Under the pieces are notes generated by a model. It had not been told where the DNA came from and did no database searches. It saw nothing but the letters and a program-made list of their open reading frames with translations. From Parvibaculaceae bacterium (GTDB taxonomy: Bacteria; Pseudomonadota; Alphaproteobacteria; CGMCC-115125): DNA of 64,000 nucleotides. Positions 44,695 to 54,872 of this stretch are shown here, one piece after another (the stretch's first letter is position 1; the number at the start of each line of letters is the position of its first letter). The stretch is from assembly GCA_965229975.1 (NCBI GenBank), contig OZ245936.1, positions 1,345,539 to 1,409,538 of the forward strand. The letters are read 5' to 3'. Made by a program: the position numbers and the translations under genes.

Positions 44695-47061
44695 TCAGAA
44701 ACTCGTGCCTGCACTAAAGCGGAAGAACTGCTCCTTGTCGTAGTCTTCCTTCACGAAAGCCTTGGCAAGGTCGACGCGGACTGGCCCGAAGGGCGATTCC
44801 CACAGGATGCTGAAGCCGCCCGTTGCGCGCAGCGCCAGCTCATCCTTGATTTGTGTTCTCGTGATAATGCCGTTGATCACGATGAACTGGTCTTCGTCGT
44901 CGGTTTTGCCCACCGTGCCGAAGTCGGTGAAGAAAGCTCCGCGGACACCCAGCTCTTCCGGCAGGAACAGGGGCACCTGCATCTGAGCGGTACCAATTGC
45001 AAAGACATTACCGCCAAGGGCGTCATCGGTCGTCAGGTCGCGCGGGCCCACACCGGACGGCTCAAATCCGCGGAAGGTCGAGCCACCCTTGAAGAACCGG
45101 TTATTCAGCCGCACATCGCCGCCGGTGTAGTCGAATACGTAGCCTGCATCCAGCCGGAGAGAGGCGACGAAGTCATCGTTCAACGCGTAGTAGACGGAGC
45201 CGCCGATCTCCGTGCCGAGATACTCCTCATCGCCAAGGGGCGTACCTGCGTCCTGCTCAAAGAAGAACGACCAGCCGTCGGTCGGCTCCTCGGGGTCATT
45301 CCGCTTGTCGACCGAGTAGGTGTATCCAAGCACGTGCGTGTCCGCTATGCCCTCGGCGTTCCGAACGGCGAGCGAAGCATTCGACGCGACGTTCTTGATC
45401 TCTTCGCGCACATAGCTCGTCCGAAGACCGAGCGCCGAGAATTCGCTCAACGGGAAGCCGAACCGGAAGCCGATACCGGTCTGCTGAAAGTCGAATCCCG
45501 ACTCGTCCTGGTAGTCGCTTTCGATGCCGAACACGTCGATGCCGGCCGAAAGATTCCGGCCCATGAAGTACGGCTCGGTAAAGCGGAGATCGATCTGCTG
45601 GCGGTCACCGGAAAGCGACAGACGAAGCCGCAGGAACTGCCCCTTGCCCAAGAGGTTGCGCTCGATGATCGCGAGGTCGGCAATGGGGCCCGAGTCGGAC
45701 GAGAAGCCTGCGCCGATCGAGAGTTCGCCGGTTGCCTTTTCCTCGACATCGACATTGACCACGGTCATGTCTTCGTTCGTGCCCGGCTCCTCTGTGATCT
45801 CAACTTTGGCGAAGAGGTCGAGGGCACGCAGGCGGTCGCGGGACCTGTCGAGCAGCACGCGATTGAATGCGTCGCCTTCGGCAACACGCATCTCGCGGCG
45901 GATCACGCGATCGAGCGTGCGCACGTTGCCGTTGATGTTGATGCGCTCGACATAGACTCGCGGCCCCTCGTCAACGCGGAACGTGATGTTGATCTTGCGT
46001 TCCTCGCGGTCGCGGCGCACGCGCGGGCGCACGTCGGCGAAGGCATAGCCTTCATTGCCCGCCGCAAAGGTCAGCGCATCCACCGCGTCATCGATCTTGG
46101 ACGCGTCGTACTGCTCGCCGGGCTCGATATTGACCAGCTCAAGGAGCATTTCCGTATCGAGGCGCTCGAGTTCCGTCTGGACGTCGATCTCGCCGAACTC
46201 ATACATCTCACCTTCTTCAACCGTGAAGGTGATGAAGAACTCGCTGCCGTCAGGGGCAAGCTCGGCAACGGACGACAGCACGCGGAAGTCGGCATAGCCG
46301 TTGATGAGATAGAAGCGGCGCAGCAGCTCCCGGTCGAAGGTCAGCCGGTCGGGATCGTAGTTGTCGTTGGTGGACAGGAACTTCCACCACGCGGACTCGG
46401 ACGTTGCAATCTCGCTGCGCAGGTCGCCGTCGCTGAAGGCCTTGTTGCCGACGAAACGGATGCTGGCGACGCCGGTCTCCGGGCCTTCGCTGATCTCGTA
46501 GACGAGATCCACGCGGTTCTGCGGGAGCTGGATGATCTTCGGCTCGATGGCTGCGGCGAAGTTACCCTTGCGGCGATACAGCTCGATGATGCGCTGCAGG
46601 TCGCTTTGTACGCGGGCGCGGGTGAAAACGACGCGCGGCTTGAGCTCGGTCTCGGACTTGAGATCGTCGTCGTCGATGCGGTAGTTCCCCTCGAACGCCA
46701 CCCGGTTGATGATCGGGTTCTCAACCACGGTGACAATCAGGTCCTGACCGCTCTGGCGGATCGTGACGTCCGCGAAGAGGCCGGTCGCAAAGAGCGTCTT
46801 GAGGGCTTCGTCGACCTTGCGGGGCGTGGCCGTGTCGCCGGGGCCGACCGTCATATAGGAGCGGACGGTCTCCGCCTCGACACGCTGGTTTCCTTCGACG
46901 CGGATATCCCGGATCACAACGCCCGAGGCCGGCTCCGTCACCTCGGCGGCGGCCTCCTGCGCGCGTACGGGCGCGGAAGCAATCGCCAGCCCGACGGCCG
47001 CCGCTGCTACCAACGCAAAGATGCCGGTCGTGACCCCGCGCATGCTCCCCCGCTTCAACAC
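44695..47061 (-). CDS. bamA: Outer membrane protein assembly factor BamA
   Basis: POTRA domains (I.VEGNQRVE, GN...LDRVIRRE), barrel, FRGF..G.GP, C-terminal F.F..GTSF. Confidence 0.98.
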   Translation of the reverse strand: MLKRGSMRGVTTGIFALVAAAAVGLAIASAPVRAQEAAAEVTEPASGVVIRDIRVEGNQRVEAETVRSYMTVGPGDTATPRKVDEALKTLFATGLFADVTIRQSGQDLIVTVVENPIINRVAFEGNYRIDDDDLKSETELKPRVVFTRARVQSDLQRIIELYRRKGNFAAAIEPKIIQLPQNRVDLVYEISEGPETGVASIRFVGNKAFSDGDLRSEIATSESAWWKFLSTNDNYDPDRLTFDRELLRRFYLINGYADFRVLSSVAELAPDGSEFFITFTVEEGEMYEFGEIDVQTELERLDTEMLLELVNIEPGEQYDASKIDDAVDALTFAAGNEGYAFADVRPRVRRDREERKINITFRVDEGPRVYVERININGNVRTLDRVIRREMRVAEGDAFNRVLLDRSRDRLRALDLFAKVEITEEPGTNEDMTVVNVDVEEKATGELSIGAGFSSDSGPIADLAIIERNLLGKGQFLRLRLSLSGDRQQIDLRFTEPYFMGRNLSAGIDVFGIESDYQDESGFDFQQTGIGFRFGFPLSEFSALGLRTSYVREEIKNVASNASLAVRNAEGIADTHVLGYTYSVDKRNDPEEPTDGWSFFFEQDAGTPLGDEEYLGTEIGGSVYYALNDDFVASLRLDAGYVFDYTGGDVRLNNRFFKGGSTFRGFEPSGVGPRDLTTDDALGGNVFAIGTAQMQVPLFLPEELGVRGAFFTDFGTVGKTDDEDQFIVINGIITRTQIKDELALRATGGFSILWESPFGPVRVDLAKAFVKEDYDKEQFFRFSAGTSF

Positions 47062-47099
47062 CAGGCTCGTCCTCTCAATCCCGCGTGGCCCCCGTCCGC

Positions 47100-48248
47100 T
47101 CAGGACAGGACCGAGCCGATAAAATCAACCACCCGCAAGTGAACGAGATCGTTCCACGTTGCGAATATCATTAACGTCATGACCGCCGCCAGCCCGAAGC
47201 GGAAGCCGACTTCCTGCGCTTTTTCCCCAAGCGGCCGCCCGCGGATGCCCTCGACCGCGTAATACAGGAGATGGCCACCGTCGAGCATGGGCACCGGGAA
47301 AAGGTTAATCAGCCCGATCGAGACCGACAGGATGGCAGCCAGGTTGAGCAGGGCGCCGAAACCGAGCGTCGCCACCTGGCCGGACACCTGCGCGATTCGC
47401 AGCGGGCCGCCGAGCTGATCGGCATTCTGCTGGCCGACGATGATGTCGCCGATGTAACCGACGGTGGCCGAGATGATGAACCAGGTCTCTTCAACGCCCT
47501 TGCCGACGGCGGAGATCGGCCCCTGGCGTACCGTCCGATAGTCGGCGGTGCCGCTCTCCCGGCTCAGGCCGATAAGCCCGATCTGCTGCGTATTGCCGAA
47601 GGGGTCCTCGACCTCGCGCAACTGGGGAATGGCTACAAGGGTCAGCTGGGCACCGCCCCGCTCGACCAGAAACTCAAGCTCCTCGCCCGGGCTCGTTGAG
47701 ACGATCCGCTGCATGTCGCTGAAGCTGTCGATCTGCGATCCGTCGATGGACAGCACCAGATCGCCGGGCTGAAACCCGGCTGCTTCGGCCGCACTGCCGG
47801 CCTGCACCGTGTCAACGCGAGGCGCCGTCACGGTCTGGCCGACGATGCCGTGCATGAAGGCGAAAATGACGATGGCGAGCAGGAAGTTCGCGAAGGGTCC
47901 GGCTGCGACAATCGCCGCGCGGGCGTGCAGCGGCTGGAACTGGAAGCAGCGGCGGCGCTCTTCCTCGGAAAGCGTCTCCATGCGCTCGCGGTCGGGCGTG
48001 CTGGCGGCATCCTCGTCGCCGAGGAATTTCACATAACCGCCGAGCGGCAGCCAGCCGACCTTCCAGCGTGTGCCGACACGGTCCGTCCAGCCCGCGATCT
48101 CGCGGCCGAAGCCGATGGAAAACTTTTCGACGGTGACGCCGAACCAGCGGGCAACAAGGAAGTGTCCCATCTCGTGGATGAACACCACGAGGGACAGGAC
48201 GAACACGAAGGGCAGGACGTACCCGAAGAAACCGGTGATCATGTCCAT
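47100..48248 (-). CDS. rseP: Site-2 intramembrane protease RseP
   Basis: HEMGH, LGGYVKF, AGP.ANF, PDZ domain, NL.PVP.LDGGH; start ATG 48248. Confidence 0.97.
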   Translation of the reverse strand: MDMITGFFGYVLPFVFVLSLVVFIHEMGHFLVARWFGVTVEKFSIGFGREIAGWTDRVGTRWKVGWLPLGGYVKFLGDEDAASTPDRERMETLSEEERRRCFQFQPLHARAAIVAAGPFANFLLAIVIFAFMHGIVGQTVTAPRVDTVQAGSAAEAAGFQPGDLVLSIDGSQIDSFSDMQRIVSTSPGEELEFLVERGGAQLTLVAIPQLREVEDPFGNTQQIGLIGLSRESGTADYRTVRQGPISAVGKGVEETWFIISATVGYIGDIIVGQQNADQLGGPLRIAQVSGQVATLGFGALLNLAAILSVSIGLINLFPVPMLDGGHLLYYAVEGIRGRPLGEKAQEVGFRFGLAAVMTLMIFATWNDLVHLRVVDFIGSVLS

Positions 48249-48315
48249 GAGAACTGTCGTCTCAACCCCGTGCTTCGCGGCCTCTCTTCCGGGCCGTCTT
48301 GTCGTCGTTGCGCCC

Positions 48316-49533
48316 TCAGCGGCCGGCACTCAGGTTCGACACGATTCCGGTGGCGAGCCGCCGTCCGGTCCGGTCGAGTTCAAGCACATCCTCAAGCGAT
48401 GACGGGGCAACCGCCGAGCCCTCGGATATGGAGCGGTCAACGGTCTTCTCGACAACGTCAGCCATGTCGAGAAAGCCGATCTCGCCTGCCAGAAACGCCG
48501 CTACCCCCACCTCGTTCGCAGCGTTGAGGAGTGTAGGGGCGGCCCCGCCCGTTTGCAAGGCGGCCCGGGCCAGCCGCAGGGCCGGAAACCGGCTGAAATC
48601 AGGGGCTTCGAAGGTCAGCTGGGCCACCTGGGCGAGGTCCAGGCGGGGCGACGGCGCGGCCATCCGCTGGGGCCATGCCATGGTGTGCGCGATGGGGGTG
48701 CGCATGTCCGGCGAGCCGAGCTGGGCCAGCACCGATCCGTCCACATAGGCGACCATGGAATGAATGACCGACTGGGGGTGGACGAGGACGTCCAATTGCT
48801 CGATCTCGACGCCGAACAGGTAGTAGGCCTCGATCAGCTCAAGGCCCTTGTTCATCATCGTGGCCGAATCCACGGAAATCTTGGCGCCCATCGACCAGTT
48901 GGGGTGGGCGACCGCCTCGGCCGGGGTCGCCGTCGCCATCCGGGTGCGTTCCCATGTCCTAAACGGGCCGCCGGAGGCCGTCAGAATGATCTTCTCGATG
49001 GCATCGCGGTTGGCGGTCTCGAGCACCTGGAAGATGGCGTTGTGCTCGCTGTCGACTGGCAGCAGGGTCGCATCGGCCTTCTCCACCGCGTCAAGGAACA
49101 CGGTGCCCGCGCTGACCAGGCATTCCTTGTTGGCCAGCGCCACGCAGGCGCCGCGCCGGGCGGCCGTCAGCGTCGGCTCCAGGCCCGCAGCGCCCACGAT
49201 GGCGGCCATGACCCAGTCGGCGTCACGGTCGGCGGCTTCGCTCAGGGCCTTTGGGCCCGCCCCGGCCTCGATCCCCGAGTTGCCAAGCGCATCCTTCAGG
49301 GCCTGGTAGGCGTTCGGATCCGCCACCGCGGCAAAGCGGGCGCCGGTCTCGCGCGCCTGGGCGGCGAGGAGTTCGGCATTGGAATTCGCTGTCAGCGCCT
49401 CGACCTGGAAGCGCTCGGGTTCGCGGCGCACGAGGTCGAGGGTCGACTGGCCGATGGAGCCCGTCGAACCCAGGACCGTGATCCGGCGCGGCGCGGCGCC
49501 TGCGTCAGCGCGCGTCTCGACGGCGACACTCAT
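48316..49533 (-). CDS. dxr: 1-deoxy-D-xylulose-5-phosphate reductoisomerase
   Basis: LGSTGSIG, LANKE.LV, PVDSEH.AIFQ, TASGGPFR, MG.KIS.DSATMMNKGLE. Confidence 0.99.
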   Translation of the reverse strand: MSVAVETRADAGAAPRRITVLGSTGSIGQSTLDLVRREPERFQVEALTANSNAELLAAQARETGARFAAVADPNAYQALKDALGNSGIEAGAGPKALSEAADRDADWVMAAIVGAAGLEPTLTAARRGACVALANKECLVSAGTVFLDAVEKADATLLPVDSEHNAIFQVLETANRDAIEKIILTASGGPFRTWERTRMATATPAEAVAHPNWSMGAKISVDSATMMNKGLELIEAYYLFGVEIEQLDVLVHPQSVIHSMVAYVDGSVLAQLGSPDMRTPIAHTMAWPQRMAAPSPRLDLAQVAQLTFEAPDFSRFPALRLARAALQTGGAAPTLLNAANEVGVAAFLAGEIGFLDMADVVEKTVDRSISEGSAVAPSSLEDVLELDRTGRRLATGIVSNLSAGR

Positions 49534-50395
49534 GCGAAAACCCCCAAACCGATCCCCTGCCCCTTGCCGGCGACAAGGCCGATCAGGGCTGCGAAGCTGG
49601 CGGCGACCGCCGCGAAAATGAGCCCGTCGACCCGGTCCAGCACACCCCCGTGCCCGGGGATCAGGGCGCTCGAATCCTTCACGTCGGCATAGCGCTTGAG
49701 CGCGGATTCCGCGATGTCCCCGATCTGCGCCAGCACCGCCATCATGGCGCTAATGCCCGCCAGAATCCACGGCACGCCCAGTTCCAGCACGAAGGACGTG
49801 CCCGCGCCCGCGACGGCCGCCCCGGCCATGCCGCCCAGCAGGCCCGACCAGGTCTTGGACGGGGAATAGCGCGGGGCGAGCTTGGGGCCGCCGACGGAAC
49901 GGCCAACGACGAAGGCCATCGTGTCGGTCGCCCAGACGACGGCCAGCAGCCAGTAGAGCGTCAGCATGCCCCAGTCGCCGCCCGAGCGGAGCCAGACGAT
50001 GCCGACGCAGGGCAGCAGGATGTAGGGAAAACCGATCATCGGCCAGCGCTTGCCCTCGCCGCGAATAATCACGGCCATGATGGCAACGCCGATCCCTGCC
50101 GCCGTCGCAGCTAGCGCCAGCAGCGGCATGCCGGCACCCGCAAGACCCACCGCAATGATCGCCGTGATCGCGTGGATGACGTAGTCGGCATTGAGGTGCG
50201 TGCGGCGGACCAGCCGGGCCCACTCGTAGGTCATCAGCACTGCCACGAGCATGACGAGCGCGGTGAACGGCCAGCCGCCGAGATAGACGAGGTAGATGGC
50301 GACGGGGGCAAGAACCGCCGCGGACGCGATGCGCACCGCGAGTTCGCGGGTGCGGGGCGGGCGCGGCGGGACGGTCTCCTCGGCGCCGGGTTCGT

Positions 50396-50414
<19 letters not shown>
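49530..50414 (-). CDS. cdsA: Phosphatidate cytidylyltransferase
   Basis: Multi-TM; SPSKTW.G, Q.GD..ES..KR...VKDS..LIPGHGG.LDR.D. Confidence 0.97.
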
Positions 50415-51193
<779 letters not shown>

Positions 51194-51262
51194 GAATACA
51201 CCCTAACACGCGCGAAGCCCGACGGCAGCCGATCCGCCGGAAGGTACCAGCCGGTCCTTAAC

Positions 51263-51832
51263 CTAGACCTGCATGATTTCCGCTTCCTTCGCGGCGAGCG
51301 CGGCGTCCACGTCCGCCACTGACTTGTCGGTCAGGCCCTGGACCTTGTCGGACAGCTTCTTGTGATCATCCTGGCTGATATCGCCATCTTTTTCGGCTTT
51401 TTTGAGGTGGTCCATGGCGTCCCGGCGCACGTTGCGGACGGCGACGCGGGCCTGCTCGGCATACTTGCCCGCCACCTTGGCGAGCTCCGCGCGGCGCTCC
51501 TCATTGAGCTCGGGGATGGGAACGCGGACATTGGTGCCGTCGGCCACCGGGTTCACGCCAAGGCCGGCCTCACGAATCGCCTTCTCGACGGCGCCGACCA
51601 TGGACTTGTCCCAGACATTCACCGAGATCATCCGCGGCTCAGGCACGGAGATGGTCCCGACCTGGTTGATCGGCATCTTCTGGCCGTAGGCGTCCACCAT
51701 CACCGGTTCGAGCAGCGACGCGGAGGCACGGCCCGTACGCAGGCCGCCAAATTCGCTCTTCAGCGTCTCGATCGCGCCTTTCATGCGGCGCTCGACGTCC
51801 TTCAGATCAATGCCGGGAGCATCCTCGGCCAT
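51263..51832 (-). CDS. frr: Ribosome recycling factor
   Basis: LRTGRAS, P.LNEERR, E.ARVAVRN.RRD. Confidence 0.98.
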   Translation of the reverse strand: MAEDAPGIDLKDVERRMKGAIETLKSEFGGLRTGRASASLLEPVMVDAYGQKMPINQVGTISVPEPRMISVNVWDKSMVGAVEKAIREAGLGVNPVADGTNVRVPIPELNEERRAELAKVAGKYAEQARVAVRNVRRDAMDHLKKAEKDGDISQDDHKKLSDKVQGLTDKSVADVDAALAAKEAEIMQV

Positions 51833-51889
51833 TTTGGCTCTCCTTGGTTCTGCCGGGCGGGGCCGATGTCTTCGCGGGGAGATCCCGCG

Positions 51890-52615
51890 TCAGGCGGCCT
51901 CGTCCTCGACGATTGTGGCGCGGCCCTCGCCGCGAAGGACGCGGCAGAAGGACCCGGTTTCGTGGATGTTGAACACAACGATGGGAATGGAATTGTCGCG
52001 GCAAAGGCTGACGGCAGAGGCGTCCATCACCCTGAGGTCGTCGGCCAGCACCTGCAGGTAGCCGAGCCTGTCATAGCGCGTCGCGTCGGGCACCAGCTTT
52101 GGGTCGGCGGAATAGACACCGTCCACCTGCGTGCCCTTCATCAGCGCGTCGCAGTTCATCTCGGACGCGCGGAGGGCTGCGGCCGTGTCGGTCGTGAAGA
52201 ACGGGTTGCCGGTGCCGGCGGCGAAGATCACCACCCTGCCCTTTTCCATGTGGCGCACGGCCCGGCGGCGGATATAGGGCTCGCAGACCGTCATCATGGG
52301 AATGGCGGAAAGGACGCGGGTGGGCACGCCCTGGCGCTCCAGGCCGTTCTGCATGGCGAGCGCGTTCATGACGGTCGCCAGCATGCCCATGTAGTCGGCG
52401 CTGGCGCGGTCCATGCCTTCGGCGGCCCCCTTGAGGCCGCGGAAGATGTTGCCGCCGCCGATGACGAGGCAGACCTCGACGCCGATCTCCAGCGCCTGCT
52501 TCACCTCTTCGGCAATGCGCTCCACGGTCTTGAGGTCGATGCCGTAAGCCTCGTCCCCCATCAGCGCCTCGCCCGAAACCTTGAGGAGGACACGCTTGTA
52601 ACGGGGTTCGGACAT
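51890..52615 (-). CDS. pyrH: UMP kinase
   Basis: Start ATG 52615; [41 protein letters not shown]. Confidence 0.98.
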   Translation of the reverse strand: MSEPRYKRVLLKVSGEALMGDEAYGIDLKTVERIAEEVKQALEIGVEVCLVIGGGNIFRGLKGAAEGMDRASADYMGMLATVMNALAMQNGLERQGVPTRVLSAIPMMTVCEPYIRRRAVRHMEKGRVVIFAAGTGNPFFTTDTAAALRASEMNCDALMKGTQVDGVYSADPKLVPDATRYDRLGYLQVLADDLRVMDASAVSLCRDNSIPIVVFNIHETGSFCRVLRGEGRATIVEDEAA

Positions 52616-52761
52616 GGACGGCTCCGAAAGACTGGATGCGGGCAGGCGGCTGCCGGCGACTCGGACCTGCCGGGCCACCGACGGCGCGCATATTGACCGA
52701 TGCTGGCGGCCAGTGCCAGCGCCCTCCGCATTGCTGCCGCGGGCAGCCGGAAAGGCCTGCC

Positions 52762-53688
52762 TTAGGAGTTGGCGGCCGCCGCCACTTCCGCGGCGAAGTC
52801 GCTTTCTTCCTTCTCGACGCCTTCGCCGAGCTCGAAGCGCTTGAAGCCCTTGAGGGTGATCTTGCCACCGGCATCCTTCGAGGTGGCCTCGATGGCCTTC
52901 TCGACGGTCTGGTCCGGGTCAATCACGAAAGCCTGCTTGGTCAGCACGACTTCCTCGTAGAACTTGCGGATACGGCCCTCGACCATCTTGGCGATGATGT
53001 CTTCCGGCTTGCCGCTTTCGCGGGCCTGCTCGGACAGCACCTGGCGCTCGCGCTCGACCACGTCCTGGTCGAGCTCGGCTTCGGTGGCGGAGAGCGGGTT
53101 GGTCGCGGCGACGTGCATGGCGATCTGGCGGCCCAGTTCGGCCACCTTGTCGGCGTCGCCGTCGGACTCGAGGGCAACAAGCACGCCGATCTTGCCGAGG
53201 CCGGGCGCGGCCTGGTTGTGGACGTAGGCCGCGACGGCGCCCTTGGAGACTTCCATGGCGTCCACGCGGCGGAGCGTCATGTTCTCGCCGATGGTGGCAA
53301 CCATGTCGGTCACGTGCTCTTCCACGGACTTGCCGGCGCCGGGGAACTCGGCGGCCTTCAAGGCGTCGATGTCGGTCTTGCCGCCGAGGGCGACCTGGGC
53401 GATGCCGTTGACCATGTCCTGGAACTTCTCGTTCCGGGCGACGAAGTCGGTCTCGGAGTTCACCTCGACGATGACGCCGCGCGGGCCGTCAACGGCCACG
53501 GCCACGAGGCCTTCGGCGGCCACGCGGCCGGCCTTCTTGGCGGCCTTGGCAAGGCCCTTGGTGCGCAGCCAGTCGACGGCGGCGTCCATGTCGCCATCGG
53601 CCTCCGCCAGGGCGGTCTTGCAGTCCATCATGCCCGCGCCGGTCTTCTCGCGCAGTTCCTTCACCATGCTGGCGGTGATGTTGGCCAT
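52762..53688 (-). CDS. tsf: Elongation factor Ts
   Basis: [36 protein letters not shown]. Confidence 0.99.
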   Translation of the reverse strand: MANITASMVKELREKTGAGMMDCKTALAEADGDMDAAVDWLRTKGLAKAAKKAGRVAAEGLVAVAVDGPRGVIVEVNSETDFVARNEKFQDMVNGIAQVALGGKTDIDALKAAEFPGAGKSVEEHVTDMVATIGENMTLRRVDAMEVSKGAVAAYVHNQAAPGLGKIGVLVALESDGDADKVAELGRQIAMHVAATNPLSATEAELDQDVVERERQVLSEQARESGKPEDIIAKMVEGRIRKFYEEVVLTKQAFVIDPDQTVEKAIEATSKDAGGKITLKGFKRFELGEGVEKEESDFAAEVAAAANS

Positions 53689-53806
53689 GACGTCTTGTCC
53701 TCTTGTCTCTCGATCGAATGTCTGTCCGGCGTGCGCTGCGGGCCGAATGGGACGGATGATCCGCCCATACAGCCCGCGCGCGTCGAACGTGTGACAGGTG
53801 CGCGGG

Positions 53807-54595
53807 TTACGCGCCCTGGGCGGCTTCGCCTTCGGCCGGCGTCTCTTCCGGCAGGGCCTCGGCCACGGGTTCCGCCATCTCGCCCGGATCGATGCCGGCC
53901 GAGCCCTGGCTGCGGGAGATGCCGTCGAGCACCGCGCGCGAGGCCAGGTCGCAGTAGAGCGAAATGGCGCGCGAGGCGTCGTCGTTGCCGGGGATCGGGT
54001 AGGTTATGCCGGCGGGGTCCGAGTTGGAGTCGAGGACCGCGGCGACCGGGATGCCGAGCTTGGCGGCTTCCTGAACGGCGATCTGCTCCTTGTTGGTGTC
54101 GATCACGAAGATCATGTCCGGCAGGCCGCCCATGTCGCGGATGCCGCCGATCGCCTGGTCGAGCTTCTCCCGCTTGCGGGTGAGGTCGAGGCGTTCCTTC
54201 TTGGTGATGGACAGGCCCTCGGCATCAAGCAGCTCGTCGTAGTCGCGCAGCTTGTTGATCGAGCCGGACACCGTCTTCCAGTTGGTCAGCGTGCCGCCGA
54301 GCCAGCGGAAGTTGATGTAGTACTGGGCGCAGCGCTTGGCAGCCTCGGCGATCGGCTGCGAGGCCTGCCGCTTGGTGCCGACGAACAGGATGCGGCCACC
54401 CGCGGCTGCCGTGTCGCTCATGGCGACCAGCGCCTGGTGAAGCAGCGGCACGGTCTGCGCCAGGTCGATGATGTGGATGTTGTCGCGGACACCGAAGATG
54501 AACTGGCCCATCTTGGGGTTCCAGCGGTGGGTCTGGTGTCCGAAGTGCACGCCCGCTTCGAGCAGCTGGCGCATGGAATAATCAGGCAGGGCCAT
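53807..54595 (-). CDS. rpsB: 30S ribosomal protein S2
   Basis: [10 protein letters not shown]....WNPKM, FVGTK.QA, RWLGG.LTN, DSNSDP, PGNDDA. Confidence 0.99.
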   Translation of the reverse strand: MALPDYSMRQLLEAGVHFGHQTHRWNPKMGQFIFGVRDNIHIIDLAQTVPLLHQALVAMSDTAAAGGRILFVGTKRQASQPIAEAAKRCAQYYINFRWLGGTLTNWKTVSGSINKLRDYDELLDAEGLSITKKERLDLTRKREKLDQAIGGIRDMGGLPDMIFVIDTNKEQIAVQEAAKLGIPVAAVLDSNSDPAGITYPIPGNDDASRAISLYCDLASRAVLDGISRSQGSAGIDPGEMAEPVAEALPEETPAEGEAAQGA

Positions 54596-54599
54596 GGTC

Positions 54600-54737
54600 C
54601 CGCGTTCCTTTCGTTTTCCGGTTCAGCCTCCGCGAGGGAATGAGCGGGAAACCCGCACCGGATGGACTGCCGGGAATGTGTGCCGGCCGCTGACGCGGCC
54701 AGCGGGCCCCGGAGGCCCGCCCCTCACGTGTGGAATG
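54600..54737 (-). ncRNA. rpsB-tsf 5' leader (t44 / S2 autoregulatory structure)
   Basis: Minus-strand leader starts ATTCCACACG, contains hairpins and GGAGGCTGAACC, resembling the conserved GGAGGCAUAACC end of proteobacterial rpsB leaders; follows a clear promoter. Confidence 0.55.
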
Positions 54738-54743
54738 GCCGCT

Positions 54744-54772
54744 CGTATAGGGGGTTAGCGGGCATTGCGCAA
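54744..54772 (-). promoter_or_regulatory. sigma70 promoter of rpsB
   Basis: TTGCGC-N17-TATACG on the minus strand. Confidence 0.7.
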
Positions 54773-54872
54773 GCCCGGCCGACTGCCGGGCCACGCCGCA
54801 GGCGACACCTGACTGTTTCTTTGGTAAACTGTTATATGAATGAACAAAAAGACAGTGCCGGGAGGACGATCC

